A DNA stretch of 64,000 bases, taken from positions 105,524,001-105,588,000 of the forward strand of contig OX597822.1 of assembly GCA_951406725.2 (NCBI GenBank), written 5' to 3'. The translations under genes and the position numbers were made by a program. How positions within the stretch are numbered: the first letter of the stretch is position 1; every line of letters begins with the position of its first letter. The notes below the pieces were generated by a model. The model did not search any database. It was given only the letters and a program-made list of their open reading frames with translations, and had not been told where the DNA came from. This DNA is from Octopus vulgaris. Taxonomy: Eukaryota. Below are positions 1 to 14,191 of the stretch, one piece after another.

Positions 1-331
1 GTTAGTTCCGTCATTTCAAATCACTTCAAAGTTGCTATGAAAACTTTTAGTCAAATAATATTATGAAAGCTTTTAATAACTTTCGGTTTTGCTGTCCAAC
101 TGTTATAGCAACCGTCTTTATTAGTTAAGCAGCTTTTCCAATTTATTTGTTGATTTATCACGCAATAAAATTTCTGCGAAACTCGACCTAAATCTGCTAA
201 AAACATTTTTTAATCTCATTTACATTAATGGAAAAATGTCTTTTAGCTTTTTTTTGATGGTTTCAAACATCTATTTATAGAAAAACTTTTGAAAATTTTA
301 AAGAGGATATAAAAGTAAATTATTTAAGTAT

Positions 332-379
<48 letters not shown>

Positions 380-2500
380 GATTAGGTTTCAGAGACCTGC
401 ATGTATAATAATATATCGTACGATATATATTTCTATGAATAAGGCTTAAATTCCAATTGAATTGATGAATCATCGTAAACTTTCAAACCATGATATTTCT
501 TTTTTTTTCCTATTTATGATTATTTGTCAACTAACTTCTACGTCAATCACCTCACTGAATCCTGAAGTACCCTTTAAGTATAAAACTTTATACAATGGCC
601 ATGTATGCTGCACTTGATTGGAACTCGTATTTATTGAATACCATACGTTATCCTAAGATCAGCCTTATAAATAATGCAGTTCTTTGGAAATCGTAAGAAC
701 AATGTTACATATCTCTCGTTCCTTTTCATCTTCAACTTCCGGTTCATGAGACTCTTAAATGATCTGCACCTACCTCATCTGCACGCTCCATATTTTTAAC
801 ATTTTAAAACCTTCTTCAAACTCGTTTTTTAAAGCCAAAGAAATGTTATCCCAATCGGCTCCGGATTAAGCGATCCAAAATTGTAGCAAACAGTTTATTA
901 TGTTTGTAACAGAAATGATGCTAAACTTTGTAGCAAGTATTCATATCTGCCATATAGTAAATATGTAGTCCACAGCCAAATGTTGTACCATACTCTTATT
1001 CTTTCCTATCCTACAATAGTTATCTGCTCTTAAGAAATTTCTGTGGTTCTTAGATTCGTTTAAAGGTGATAATTACTATTTTGTTTTTGTGTTTTACTTC
1101 CACTCACGTCTCTATACAGCATTAAAGTATACGGATTACTGCCGTTGAATCATTATGAATAAATTAACTATTAGGGGTGTATGAGGAGCAGACTTCAAAA
1201 CTATAACCTCTCTAAGGGTAATGCTCAACAACATATAAGACAAAGTTCAGAAAAGGAATGAGAATAAAAGTTAAACAAGAGAAATTCGTTATCTAACTTA
1301 CACTAACCTATTCACGGTGCATTTTAACTTTCAAAACCATTCAGCCAATCATCTCACTATTTTAAGATAGAATGTACTGATGAAGTATGAATCGAATATT
1401 TTCTAGACATAATACATAGTATATACATAATTCTTTATCTACTTTAACCAAGACGAATTTTACAATAGGTGGATACATGAATATTCTCACTTTTTCACTA
1501 ATAGAATTATGTATCTAAAACATTTCTTTCGCGGAAACAAAGTTATGAAGCAGTCAACTAGAAATCACTGTTTTTTTTTTCATTTGGTTAAAAAAAGAAC
1601 ATCTATGGCCCAGAAAAAATATAAATCTTGATTCATTATCGCAATTCTTTATTACATTGACTATTGGTTCACGGAACCCTTTTCCATTTCCAGTCAACAA
1701 TATACTAATCACATTTAACACATCTATAATCACATTTAAATATAAAAAGCAAATAAAAAACAAATGTATATTAAATTCTGAAGTCAGAATAATATCTAAG
1801 TCTATTTAAAATAAGAACAAGAATGGTCGAACGTTTCGTCAGCAACAAAAAAAAAATCGAAAGAGAGAAAAAAAATTGTATACAAAGAGTGATTCATCTA
1901 CAAATTAATTTTCTCCAAGATTTGATATTGTAATTCTTCCTTCTATGATTCGATGAATGATATCGACCTTGTTGCTAAAGAATTCAATCAACACAGTATT
2001 CAGACATCGATTAAGCAAGCAAAACTTTTATCCACTGACCGTTGTCGTAGTGTAAAGCAAAAATATGATTAAAACCTTGCCAATTCCTCTCTTGGGGCCT
2101 TTATAGAAAATAAATCCGGTGCACAAGACAACGTGATTGGTTTTCGACTAATCACCGGACATATATTTTCGAAGAGAGGAAACGCTACTCTAATTAATCA
2201 AATACAGGCTTCAAGGCAGCAGAGATGGTGAAAAATATGGAATACAGGACGGGAAATGTGTGAGCTGAAGAGACAATATTAATTTCTTTCTCAAAGTTAT
2301 TGAAACCTTTCAGGCTACATTGTATAATAAAGGAGAAAATGTTTTTTTTTTTAATGCAATAATCAATAATGTCTTGGAATATTTCAAAGAAATCTTGGTC
2401 TCATACATGTACAAGAGCAGATACATATACATAACACGCAAACATAAAAATAACGTATGCATGTATGTATGTATATATACATACATACGTAGATATAAAT

Positions 2501-2551
<51 letters not shown>

Positions 2552-2587
2552 ATAAATATACAGATAGATAGATAGACAGATAGATAC

Positions 2588-2656
<69 letters not shown>

Positions 2657-2660
2657 TATA

Positions 2661-2708
<48 letters not shown>

Positions 2709-3541
2709 CATATATGTATACATATGTTTATCTGTATACATATACATACATGCGTGTGTGTGTGTGGTCAGAAATAAAAGCAAGATAGAAGTAGATGTGA
2801 TCAGATATATAATAATATTTATGATATTGTTTGCAATCCTTGTTGAGTGGTGATGCAAGATGCATTTTGCTTTGATGTGATGAAAACATGTTCTGTACCT
2901 GATAACCTGAATTTCAAATTTCCTTACATATATACGTATGTACAAGGTATGAATATACATGGATTGTTACAACAGAATATACTAAAGTATAATGAAACAT
3001 TTAATGATCTATAGCCGTTTACATCGACCTGCACCGGAAGTACATATCCATCGATATCAACTTGAAAATCGTTAATATCTGACGTTCGTTGTTACGGGCA
3101 TTGTGTAACACATACAGGTAGATATAACAATAAAATATAGAGAGCAAATTAGCATAGTATGGACATACTCAACTTTGCTTTCTATGTTAGTGTACTCAGT
3201 GAGAGACCCTACCATTAATGTTGAAATCTGATTTACCTTTTAATACTAATTCAGCGGTCACCGTTATGTCAGGGGGAGGTATGTGCGTTCTACAATATAT
3301 GGATTTGTGTCAAAATCCAGAAACACAACTATGTCGAAAATATGGGTATCGAACAGGTGTATGCAATTAATGATTAGGTTTTGCTACAATTGGGTCTAAA
3401 ATAATCATATCAACAGTCATGAAAATTTCACAAATTCAACCAACAAATTTGCTTACGAATAGTGAATTCCCTATCATAGTTTACTTTTAAGACACATGCG
3501 CAAAGCCACGCACATGCACACACATATATACATACATATAC

Positions 3542-3642
<101 letters not shown>

Positions 3643-3651
3643 TATATATAC

Positions 3652-3683
<32 letters not shown>

Positions 3684-3702
3684 GTACATATATATAAATA
3701 TA

Positions 3703-4250
3703 TACTTTGATACTTTGATACTTTGATAGGTTTCGGCCATTATTGGCCCAGGCCATGTCTAACTTAATAGCACCACCTGGTGAAGTCTTTCAAGTCAGAA
3801 TTTGGGCACTATGGCCCACTCAAGTAGAGAGTTATTGTTTACAGAGACATATCCGGGTGTAGGGGGTTTATCCGGGATTTCTTGAAGGAATCTGTCCAAA
3901 GACTTCTTGAACCCTATAGGGTCAGTTTCTGTTTTAATGTGTTTTGGTGTAATGTTAAAGAGAGCGGGGCCAATTGAGGTGAAATAATTGTGCCGTATTG
4001 TTGTTATGAGATGAGAGTGCGATTTTTGTTTTGGGCGGATGGCACGGGGCCCAAGCCTTGTACCCTGGAGGTGATGCCAACATCATTTGGGCAATGCTGA
4101 TGGAATATTTTCCACATCATGCAGATGATGTAGCGCTCACGACGACGTTGGGCAGAATAAAGTTTTAGCTTTTCTAGTCGACCCCAATAGTCGAGGCCTG
4201 TCATGCCATCTATCTTTTTTGTGATTGCCCTTTGAGGTGCTTCAACATGT
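3703..4250 (-). mobile_element. CR1/L2-group LINE, 5'-truncated 3' fragment (ORF2 C-terminus, 3'UTR, tandem tail)
   Basis: Minus translation [47 protein letters not shown] and, after frameshifts, LDRFLQEIPDKPPTPGYVSVNNNSLLEW fit the post-RT region of CR1-group ORF2. Ends in GGCC...GGCCGAAACC then (TATCAAAG)3; flanked by (TA)n on both sides. Confidence 0.85.
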
Positions 4251-4285
4251 ACATATATAATATATATATATATATATATACATAC

Positions 4286-4326
<41 letters not shown>

Positions 4327-4410
4327 TGTACATATATAATATATATATACATATATATATGTACATATATAATATATATATATATATATATGTATACATA
4401 CATATATATA

Positions 4411-4484
<74 letters not shown>

Positions 4485-4485
<1 letters not shown>

Positions 4486-4645
4486 GGCTGGGTAGACATA
4501 CAAAATAATGGGACACTCAACACGTTTCGTAGGAGTAATACATATTATTACATAAAAAGTCTGATTCGGCCCTACGCAACTTACGTCTCTGTAGGAAGCC
4601 TACGATATTTTAAGCCGCTTGGATCCGAATCAGACTGTTTTAAAC
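4485..4645 (-). mobile_element. Short non-coding insert between (TA)n and (CAA)n; degenerate homolog of the hammerhead-bearing element at 51838-52012
   Basis: Perfect 12-bp inverted repeat AGTCTGATTCGG/CCGAATCAGACT; minus 3' end TGTTGAGTGTCCCATTATTTTGTATG aligns by eye with TGTTGAGTACCCTTTCTTTCGTTTG of the 51.9-kb element. Confidence 0.55.
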
Positions 4646-4751
4646 AACAACAACAACAGCAGCAGCAGCAACAACAACAAAAATAACAATGACAACATTA
4701 ACAACAGCAACAACGACAACAATAATAATAATGATAATATTGATAATCATG

Positions 4752-4805
<54 letters not shown>

Positions 4806-5068
4806 GTCTATAAGTCAGGACAAATGGTCTCCTACATGTCAGTAGCGTGGTTGAATTAGTCGAAGTGTACAGCCGAGACCGATGGGTTAGATATGTTTTT
4901 TTTGTGTATAATTCATTGTTATTTTGGATTTACAATTTTATATATATAATATTATTATCAAGATTAAAATAAAAATTATCCTCTCAAAAAAAATCATCTC
5001 TACTCATTCTTTCAAATATATTTAATACTGTACCAAGAACTTTCTCTTTATTATTCTACTATACATAC

Positions 5069-5231
<163 letters not shown>

Positions 5232-6109
5232 TACGTGTGTATGCTTGTGTGTGCTAGTGTGTGTTCGTGTGTGCGTGTATTTGTACATACACACTGTTCT
5301 TATAGTTTCGCACTTGTCCTATGATTTATAATTTGTTTCACTTGAAAACTAATACCTTGAGGAGAGAACACAGTCGTTTGGAAACTATATTCAGACGTTG
5401 AAAAAGAGCTGATGCACCCGGGGAGAGTTTTAAAAGAAATAATGACAGCATTACGTCCGATGACTCATTCTGCTGTTCACTGGTTGTCATGAGTGATATC
5501 GGCAAAGAATTAAAACGAATTTAATTTGTGTGCTAAAATTTAGTGAAGCTTCAGCAACATTTCTTTGAGCAGTTGCAGAAATGTCTAACTTTTGATTTCT
5601 TGGAAGAATCACATTAGTCGCTACCCAACTCCGTGACATTTTAGTCGACAGAAAATACACGCAGATACACAAGCGCTCGCGTATACACAAGCGCACACGG
5701 GCGCTCAACGCACGTATACAGACTTATATTCATGCAAACTCACTCAACTACGTACACAAAAGACTTTTAAGACTTTTTAAGTTCACTGTGCAACTCACAT
5801 GAGAACCACAAGTTTCCATAATTCACTCTGTAAAGCCAACATCAAAAATATAGAAACTCGTGATAGTTGACGACGAATCTCTTAGCTTGCTTTCGTTCTA
5901 CATCTGAGAATCTTTATGGGTTTGTTGAAGCATTTTAATCGACTTCTTTAACGATCTCTCGTAAAAGTTTTGGATGTGTGTTGAAGAAGTTCGATTCACA
6001 ACTGGATCACTTCAGTTGGCTATTATTACCTGGCTGAACAAAAGATTTTCGAAAAACTCCCTCCTGTATCCGTCTTCTTTTCTATGTATGAAGGCGCACG
6101 ATTGTTTAT

Positions 6110-6343
6110 AGAAAACCAGCAGTCGCCCATATATACCAGCCACATCCTCTCCACGCCACTGATGTTATCCAAGGGATAGACAAAGGCCGATACAGCTTGA
6201 CACCAGTGACGTTGCAACACATTTCTACTGATGAGGGAAAAGAAGCAACATGAATTAAAGTGTCTTCTCAAGAACACCATACACAGCCCTGTCCGAAAAT
6301 CGAACTCATTATTGTGAGCTCGACGCTTTAACCACAGTGCCTT
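6110..6343 (-). mobile_element. tRNA-derived CORE-type SINE (group C), degenerate
   Basis: Minus strand: TGTGGTTAAAGCGTCG (A box-like), GAGTTCGATT (B box-like), GTGTTCTTGAGAAGACACTTTAATTCATGTTGCT (CORE-like); head shared with 54505-54757. Confidence 0.7.
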
Positions 6344-6565
6344 TGGCAGACTCATTAGCGCGCAAGGGCGAAATGCTTAGCGGTATTTCGTTTGTCGTTA
6401 TGTTCTGAGTTCAAATTCCGCCGAGGTCGACTTTGCCTTTCATCCTTTCGGGGTCGATAAATTAAGTACCAGTTACGCCCTGGGGTTAATGTAATCGACT
6501 TAATCCCTTTGTGTGTCCTTGTTTCTCCCCTCTATGTTTAGTCCCTTGTGGGCAATAAAGAAATA
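6344..6565 (+). mobile_element. tRNA-derived SINE group A (Meta/MESC-like central domain)
   Basis: B box GAGTTCAAATTCC followed by CCGAGGTCGACTTTGCCTTTCATCCTTTCGGGGTCGATAAATTAAGTACCAG; more than 10 copies or fragments in the window. Confidence 0.9.
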
Positions 6566-7946
6566 TATTTGTGTTGTGTGTATGTGTGTGTTTGTGTATT
6601 TTTGCAAGACCGTTTTTGCATATATATGTCAATGTCATTGTCTGTACATGCATGTGCATGCATATGTATTATTATCTAGGGACACCCGAGAAACCATTAC
6701 TAAGCAGAATTACCTCTGGCTAGTTATTCCGTTCGCGAAGCCGATAGTTATATAAAGTTTATTATATTTCTATACATGTCTAATATTACTTGGAATAAAC
6801 AAAAGTTCTTTTCAGATTTTACGTTATACCAACTATTGTACAAACAGTGATAAATATTACGACTGATAGAATCTAAAATACTTTAGATCATTGAAGCTGT
6901 TAACATATCAATGAAATACAATACTAGTAAATGCGATGTCCCATCGATCTTTTTTCTCAATGCTCGACAAGTTTAACTTTTAACCTGATATTTCTTCTTG
7001 AATTTCAACAAGAAATGCCAGTTGCAGCAAAAACAACTCAATTGCACAATATTCCGGCATCAAATGTTTGGTGGGAAAATTTGGCGAAGTGTAAAGGATT
7101 AACAATTCTCCAATAAGTAGCATAAAGATCTTTCTTTTCTTTTTTTTTGGTTTTTTTTTTGTTTGGCTTCTTTTTTTCCTATTTTACTTTTTATTTACAT
7201 TTTCTTTGTTATAATCTTATTCGAGTGAAACGGACCGAAAATAGCCAATTACTTAAAATGTCAAATACATGTTTCAAAGAATAGAAAATCTACATGAGCA
7301 GCGATGCAATGAAAGAACAAACCAATACAAATAAAAACATTATATCTTGTGGATAATATTTTCTAGTAGGATCGGTGAGCTTTCACAGATTGGTGAACAC
7401 GCCTTTAGTATACGTAAACAAATTCATTTTGAATGGCTGGGATGAGAGAACACTAAGTAAATTAGAACGCATAACAAGTGAAGCTAAGATATATTTTTCA
7501 TGTTCAACAAATAATCTCAACTTGATTGAAATAGGAATTCATTTCTGATGAATGGTTAAGAGATTTGCTTACATCTCGGAGAATTATACATAAAAATAGC
7601 GTGAAATTCTTTCGTTTTTAGTTGCTAAATTTGTCATGGAGTATGGAGTAATTCTGTTCTGTATGAAATAAAATATCTAATTTTCAATGGATGTTAAATA
7701 TAATCATTCAGTGACTCGAATTTTAGTTTAATAGGAATAATATTTCAAGACAAAGAAACACATATTCTGTGATAGCCGAATAAACAAATGGTCCGAGGGA
7801 TATCAGTCTCACTCTCTCTCACCCCTTCTCTCTCTCTTGCGCGCGCGCCCCCCTCTCGATCTCCTTCTCTCGCCTCTCTCTCTCTCTCTATCTAACTATC
7901 TATCTATCATATCTCATAAACTATACACACACACACATATATATGC

Positions 7947-8006
<60 letters not shown>

Positions 8007-8049
8007 GCATACATACATATATACAAACGTACATTCATGCATATATATA

Positions 8050-8610
8050 ATCAGTCAGTTGTTCATTGGCCCCCAAAGAGCACATTCTAAGAAATTCTTT
8101 TGAGCAACGATACTAAATGCAGTCGTTAATAACGGCCGGGCAGAAAGTTACTATTTGTTTCACGTCTATTGTGCGTTTAGCAACAGAGGCGACTCCTCAG
8201 ACATGCTGGACAGAGGCACATAACAACTTTACCAAAAGAAGTTTGAATACAGTATTGCTCAGCTGGAATGTGAAAAAAGAACCTGGAACGAATTATTCGA
8301 AATGAAGTCACTTCCTGGAGGAAATGGAGTTAGCTTCCTTTGACCAGTTTTGGTGTTTCAACAGTCTTCGTTCACTAGTCAGAAAGTGGGGAATTTCCTT
8401 GTCCACATCATGATATTTTTTCTCATAAAGGCACCAACTAAACACTTTATAACTGGAATTTCAGAAGGCCCCGGGGTCAAGCGAAATTTTCAGCATCTCT
8501 TTCTTCTATCTCGGACAAGCAAATTCTGCATCGTCAGCTTCATTTGGTGTATAGTCCAGGTTCTTATAGGATCTTCTGTTCTTTTAAGCTCCATGTGTAG
8601 TTGGCAGACG
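8050..8610 (-). mobile_element. Penelope-like element 3' fragment (degenerate GIY-YIG C-terminus, possibly Naiad-type, plus 3'UTR with hammerhead-like motif)
   Basis: Minus translation WSL...RCRICLSE / KKEMLKISLDPGAF*NSSYKVFSWCLYEKKY resembles the CxxCLxEK..IL...LLN.R.E...C.H..KY endonuclease tail; 3' end abuts a TA-rich microsatellite. Confidence 0.6.
8141..8208 (-). ncRNA. Hammerhead ribozyme-like motif (type I, degenerate, extended stem II)
   Basis: cagcatgt CTGAGGA gtc-gcc-tctgttg...caataga-c-gt GAAAC aaata GTA actttctg; stem I 6/8 paired; base of stem II irregular. Confidence 0.45.
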
Positions 8611-9014
8611 ACGTAACTTTACACCTCCGTCGGATCCTAAAAGAGGACCTTAGACCATCCATGCCGTCGCTGTTTTTGCTGCTGCCGCTACCACTGCCAT
8701 TGCTGTTGATACTGTCGTGCACGTTGCTGTTGTTATTGTTGTTATAGTGGATTTTGCTGCTGCTACGGGCGGACATCACGTCTGTTCGTACATTACCGTT
8801 TCAGAGTTGCATTGACCACACATGGGCATTTACTGTTAACTCTTCATGAGTATCTTGTCTCAGTACGAGCTTTTGGGGCATTTACAGAATTTTTTTACAC
8901 TGGCCGCACAGCAGAAAAATGGGGTGTGGAAATATATATGTCACAAAAAACGAGAAACGGACTGAATGTGTCTATAAGACTTGGGACGGCTCATATTTAT
9001 CTCTTTATATCTAC

Positions 9015-9131
<117 letters not shown>

Positions 9132-9374
9132 TGGTTGCTATTAAGTGAACAATGCGCAATGAACAGCGTCAAGATATTTTATTCCTGTTGGTTTAAGATA
9201 ACAGAGTTGTAAATAGGTATTATTCCTAGTTTGGGGATCTTAGCTTCTTTATGGAGTTATAAGGATGCTGTTTTTATTTACCGCGCCCCTTGGGCCTGTT
9301 TATACCTAGCGGAAACACCTGTCTTCAGATATGACCAGAGCCTGTATATTTTCCAAGAGAAAACTCATGAAGGA

Positions 9375-9550
9375 AAGATTAAAAGAAGAGTCGACTCCAT
9401 GCAGGACTGGTATATTAGTTTTCGTGCCTGAAAGAATAAAAAGTTTAGTTGATCTCGGCAGAATTTGAACTCTTAGCGCAGGGAACCGGAATAATTGCAG
9501 CAAAACAATGCATTCGACTGTCAAACAACTCACCCAATCTGACGCTTTAA
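9375..9550 (-). mobile_element. SINE group A, highly degenerate
   Basis: TTGATCTCGGCAGAATTTGAACTC is the reverse complement of the B box/core junction. Confidence 0.65.
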
Positions 9551-9772
9551 GGAGTTACGCTTTTCATCTAGTGAAGTAAACAATGAAATCTTTATTATGA
9601 TCATGCGATCTTACATAGATAGGGACATAACAAGACAGACAAATACAAAGAATGTTATATGAGTTCGAATGAGACTTAAAATTTTAGGTATAATATGACA
9701 TAAACGAAAACTTGGCTTAACGAATAATTGGCTTACTTTTGCCTTTACAGCGAGAACTTTTGTGTGTGTGTG

Positions 9773-10084
9773 TTTTTTTTTTTTTGATAAAAATAGAAAC
9801 CATAACATATGCTAAAACGAAAAAGGGGAGAAATGCAGGTTTAAAATTTGAACCCGCAGCCTATAGGGCCCAGCAACTAATTTTTCCTTTTTCGATGATT
9901 AAGCTGGGTTAGTAATACCCACCTTTCTTATCATTTCCTTCCATCGTTTTTCATGTTTCCTCGGTGGCAAAGTCTTCCTCTCCAACCCTACCTTGCTCTT
10001 CAAATGATATCTGAAGTAATATAGCAAACCGGGGCCGGAGACGAAGGACCCTGTCACAATACCTTCCATTCTCGTCCTGTTCAC
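9773..10084 (-). mobile_element. Tx1/L1-like LINE 3' fragment with poly(A) tail
   Basis: TRMEGIVTGSFVSGPGLLYYFRYHLKSKVGLERKTLPPRKHEKRWKEM* resembles a Tx1-clade ORF2 C-terminus (K...ER..L......RW); short UTR then A13 tail next to (CA)n. Confidence 0.7.
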
Positions 10085-11140
10085 TTAAATTCATCTGTAG
10101 TTAAAGTGCTGAATTAAAATCGTCCAGCGGACAGGGTTTATGACGATTACGTCACGTTATGACGTCATTTGCTAACTTTATCATCGAGATTTATCATTAT
10201 GATTCAATTGGAATTATACAGAATGAATTCAACAATTAAAAGTATGGAGCATCGTTCATAGCTGCTTTTGTAATATCGGCTTTGGACGAATTTATTTCAA
10301 ATGCAAAGAATATTAAAATGAAAAATCAATAATTAATCAAACAAAATATTTTTGAATGATAAAGATTTTCTATATAAAACTTTAAAATCTTTGGAAACGA
10401 AATAAAGGAAAGCGATCACATTAAAATCGATTAAAATAATAAAAAAGGACGAGTGATCAATCTGATATAAAGAAATTAACTAAATAATATTGAAATGAAG
10501 ACATTGTTATTCTTTAATTACCAGTTATTCGTCAAAGAATGAAGAAAGACTAGCTTGACTTAGAAAGTATTTACTTTTAATTGAAAAGACTTACTCTCTC
10601 ATAATATATAAATACGTATTGTAAGAAACTTTTAATTTGAAAAAATAAAATACAAATTTTCTATGAAACTTCTATGTGCGTTGAAGGATGCATTCCTTAA
10701 ATGATCTTTTGGATAATGTGAATCAATGCAAATATTTTCTTGGTAAATTTTTAAGAAGCTAATCAGAAATAAAAGAATAGTGGATAATTATTATTTTTTT
10801 CCCCAAACGCTAAGCAAAACATCCATTATTGATATAAATATATTATATTATAGAAGAAGACCGGTACTGATGTTTTTCAAATCAATACTATTTTACACTG
10901 TTGATGTTCAATCGTTTTCAGTTTGTGTGTGTGCATGTGTATACGAGTGTATTTGTGTGTTTTGTTTATTGTTGATTAGTATTTCGTTGATTTTCTTTTT
11001 CTTTTGTATGTCTTTCGATTTTCTTAGCTCTTATAGGAAACATGGCTGAGTTTCTTAGGCGTATTACGTAGCTAAAGATTTAATATATCACTGATTGAAA
11101 CTGACACTCATAAAAGCAAATGAAATTTGATAGAAGTTCA

Positions 11141-11196
<56 letters not shown>

Positions 11197-11473
11197 GATA
11201 GATACATGCATACGTATATAAATATATACACAGATATATATAAATGTATATATATATATATATATATATAAATGTATATATATAAATATATATATATATA
11301 AATGTATATATATAAATATATATATATATATAAATGTCTATATATAAATATATATATATATATATTCTTGAATAATTGCACATACACATATATGTATGCA
11401 TATTTATATATATGTTTATAAATAAATATATAATGTATATTGTTTATACACGTATATATGTATGTTTGTGCAA

Positions 11474-11505
<32 letters not shown>

Positions 11506-12120
11506 GTGCGTACGTGTATGTATATACATCAATATGTATGTACATATATATTTAAATGTAAGTATATATGTGTATGTATGTATGTATGTATGTATGTATG
11601 TATGTATGTATGTATGTATGTATGTATGTATGCGTGTATATTTGTGTATATGTATATTTATGTATACATGAGTTCCTTGAGTTGAGAGAAAATAAATATA
11701 AGAGACAAAATCAAAATTTCCAGTTGTGAAATAAGCCAATTAAAAGCGTTTTTGTTTTGTTTTTGTTTGTGTTTCTTACCTCTCCCAACCTTTCCAGTTT
11801 ATAAAAGAGAATCGATACTAAACAGTAACGATTCAAATGCAGACATTGATATTTGGCTTAGCTTGGTCAACAAGAAATCATTGTATCACGCATGAAATGA
11901 ATTACACTTTAATACAACCGTGAAATAGAGATAAATATCTTCGTAGATAAAGAGAGACATTGACGAGGAGAGAAAGAGAGAGAGAGAGAGAGGGGGAGAG
12001 AGAGAGAAAGAGAGCTGGAGGGGCGGTAGGAAATATATAATGGAGTTCAATTTATTTTATTTAAGCCATCTCGGTGAATGCTCTTGCGTAGGTAGAATTT
12101 GTTATTGGGATTGTGATTGT

Positions 12121-12165
<45 letters not shown>

Positions 12166-12171
12166 TATTAC

Positions 12172-12213
<42 letters not shown>

Positions 12214-12285
12214 CATAATGATGGTGATGATGACGATGATAGTGTTATCATCATCGTCACTATCACTACTACTCTTTGTAGTATT

Positions 12286-12573
12286 AAGGCGGCGAGCTGA
12301 CAGAACCGTTAGCACGACGGGCAAAATGTTTAGCGATATTTCATCCGAGTTGACGTTCTGAGTTCAAATTCCGCCGAAACCAACATCGTTCTTCGGAATC
12401 AATGAAATACGTACCAGCTGCACACTGGGATCGATTTAATCGACAAGTTCCCGCCCTAAAAGTTTCATGTCTTTTGCCTATAACAGAAAGAATCAGCATC
12501 ACCATGAACATCATCACTATCACCATTATTATCATTGCTCTTGTTGTCGTTGTTGTTGTTGTTGTTGTTGTTG

Positions 12574-12637
<64 letters not shown>

Positions 12638-13345
12638 AACGAGAAAATAGCAGAATCCTTAGCACTCCCAAGCAAATTGCTTAGCAGCATTTAGTTCGTC
12701 TGTACGGTCTGAGTTCAAATTCAGCTGAGGTCGTCCTCAACTTTCATCTTTTCTCAGCCGATAAAATGAGTAGGAGTACTACAGGGGAATCGATGAAATC
12801 GACGTGCCCTCTTCCCCGAAACTGTAGGCTTTGTGCCAAAATTTGAAATCATCGCTATTTCGTCTGCCGTTCCGTTCTGAGTTCAAATTCCGCCGAGGTC
12901 GACTTTGCCTTTCATCCTTTCGCGGTCGATTAAATAAGTACCAGTTACGCACTGGGGTCGATGTAATCAACATAATGTCCTTGTATGTCCTTGTATGTCC
13001 TTGTTTGTCCCCTCTATGTTTAGCCCCGTGTGGGCAATAAAGAAATAGATACTTGACATGTGGTACACTCTGCACCTCTTCATGGAGGAGTGAGCTAATG
13101 TATACCACATTTAATCACTGTAAACAAATCAGTTGTGCAGATCGATCATCAAAGGCTGAACACTCATATGTCATCTTCAACAAGAGAGTCCTTTGTCATA
13201 ATTATTTTTAAGCCGACAAGATGGCAGAATTATTGGAGCATCAGAGAAAATCCTTTGTGGTATTTCTTCCGATTCATTCCGTTCCATATTCCACCGAGGT
13301 AGAATTCGCCTTTCATCCTTTCCGACTTCATAGAATAAGAATCAG
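12286..13345 (+). mobile_element. Cluster of four same-orientation group A SINE copies (~12286-12493, ~12647-12850, ~12856-13047, ~13210-13345)
   Basis: Repeated head AAGGCGGCGAGCTGACAGAACCGTTAGCAC, B box GAGTTCAAATTC and core CCTTTCATCCTTT; two different 3' tails. Confidence 0.85.
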
Positions 13346-13700
13346 TCTAGTAGTCTAGTAGTCTAGTAATTTTAGACTAAATATTCTCTTCCTTGTTTTC
13401 TTTTTTTTCTTTCTATTTCTTTTCCCTTCTTATAAGTTATGGAAAAACGAGAACTGGCGACGTCATTTTCTTTTTAAAATGAACGCACGATATTCCCTTC
13501 TGTATTTTAAATTTCTGTATTTCTGCGTTCTTTTTATTTCTCATTTTGAACCCGAGAAAGATACACAATCTGTAGAAATATTGTTTACTTCAATAAACAG
13601 AGGAAAACACTATCTATAACGAATCGCATCTCGTTCTTGTTTTGCTTATTTATTTTCATGAAGAGTTACGTCCATCTTCATAAATTACTATCATGTTTTT

Positions 13701-14087
13701 TTTTATTCTTTTATTCTTTTATTTGTTTCGGTCATTTGACTGCGGCCATGCTAGATCACCGCCTTTAGTTGAACAAATCGACCACAGAACTTATTTTATT
13801 AAAGCCTAGTATTTATTCTATCAGTCTCTTTTTCCAAACCGCTGAGTTACGGAGACATTTTCACACCAACATCGGTTGTTAATCGATGGTGGCGGGACAA
13901 ACACAGACACACAAACACACACACACTCACACATATAGATATACGACGCGCTTTTTTCAGTGTCCATCTACCAAATCCACTCACATTGCTTTGGTCGGCC
14001 TGAGGCTATAGTAGGAGACACTTGTCCAAGGTGCCACGCAGTGGGACCGAACCCGGAACCATGTGGAAGGGAAGCAGGCTCCTTACT
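13701..14087 (-). mobile_element. tRNA-derived CORE-SINE group B with internal (TA)/(TG) microsatellite
   Basis: Minus: GGTTCCGGGTTCGGTCCCACTGCGTGGCACCTTGGACAAGTGTCTCCTACTATAGCCTC (tRNA B box + CORE), microsatellite, 3' CAGCATGGCCGCAGTCAAATGAC-like end and (AAAAGAAT)n tail. Confidence 0.9.
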
Positions 14088-14112
14088 GTGTTGTTGCTGT
14101 TGTTGTTGTTGA

Positions 14113-14191
<79 letters not shown>

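Noticed and set aside
1554-1763. 69-aa minus ORF
   Set aside because: No recognisable motif, no convincing donor site.
1825-1845. Minus CTGACGAAACGTTC
   Set aside because: Core halves overlap with no stem II or stem I.
2262-2316. CTGAAGA...GAAAC motif
   Set aside because: Stems I and III do not pair.
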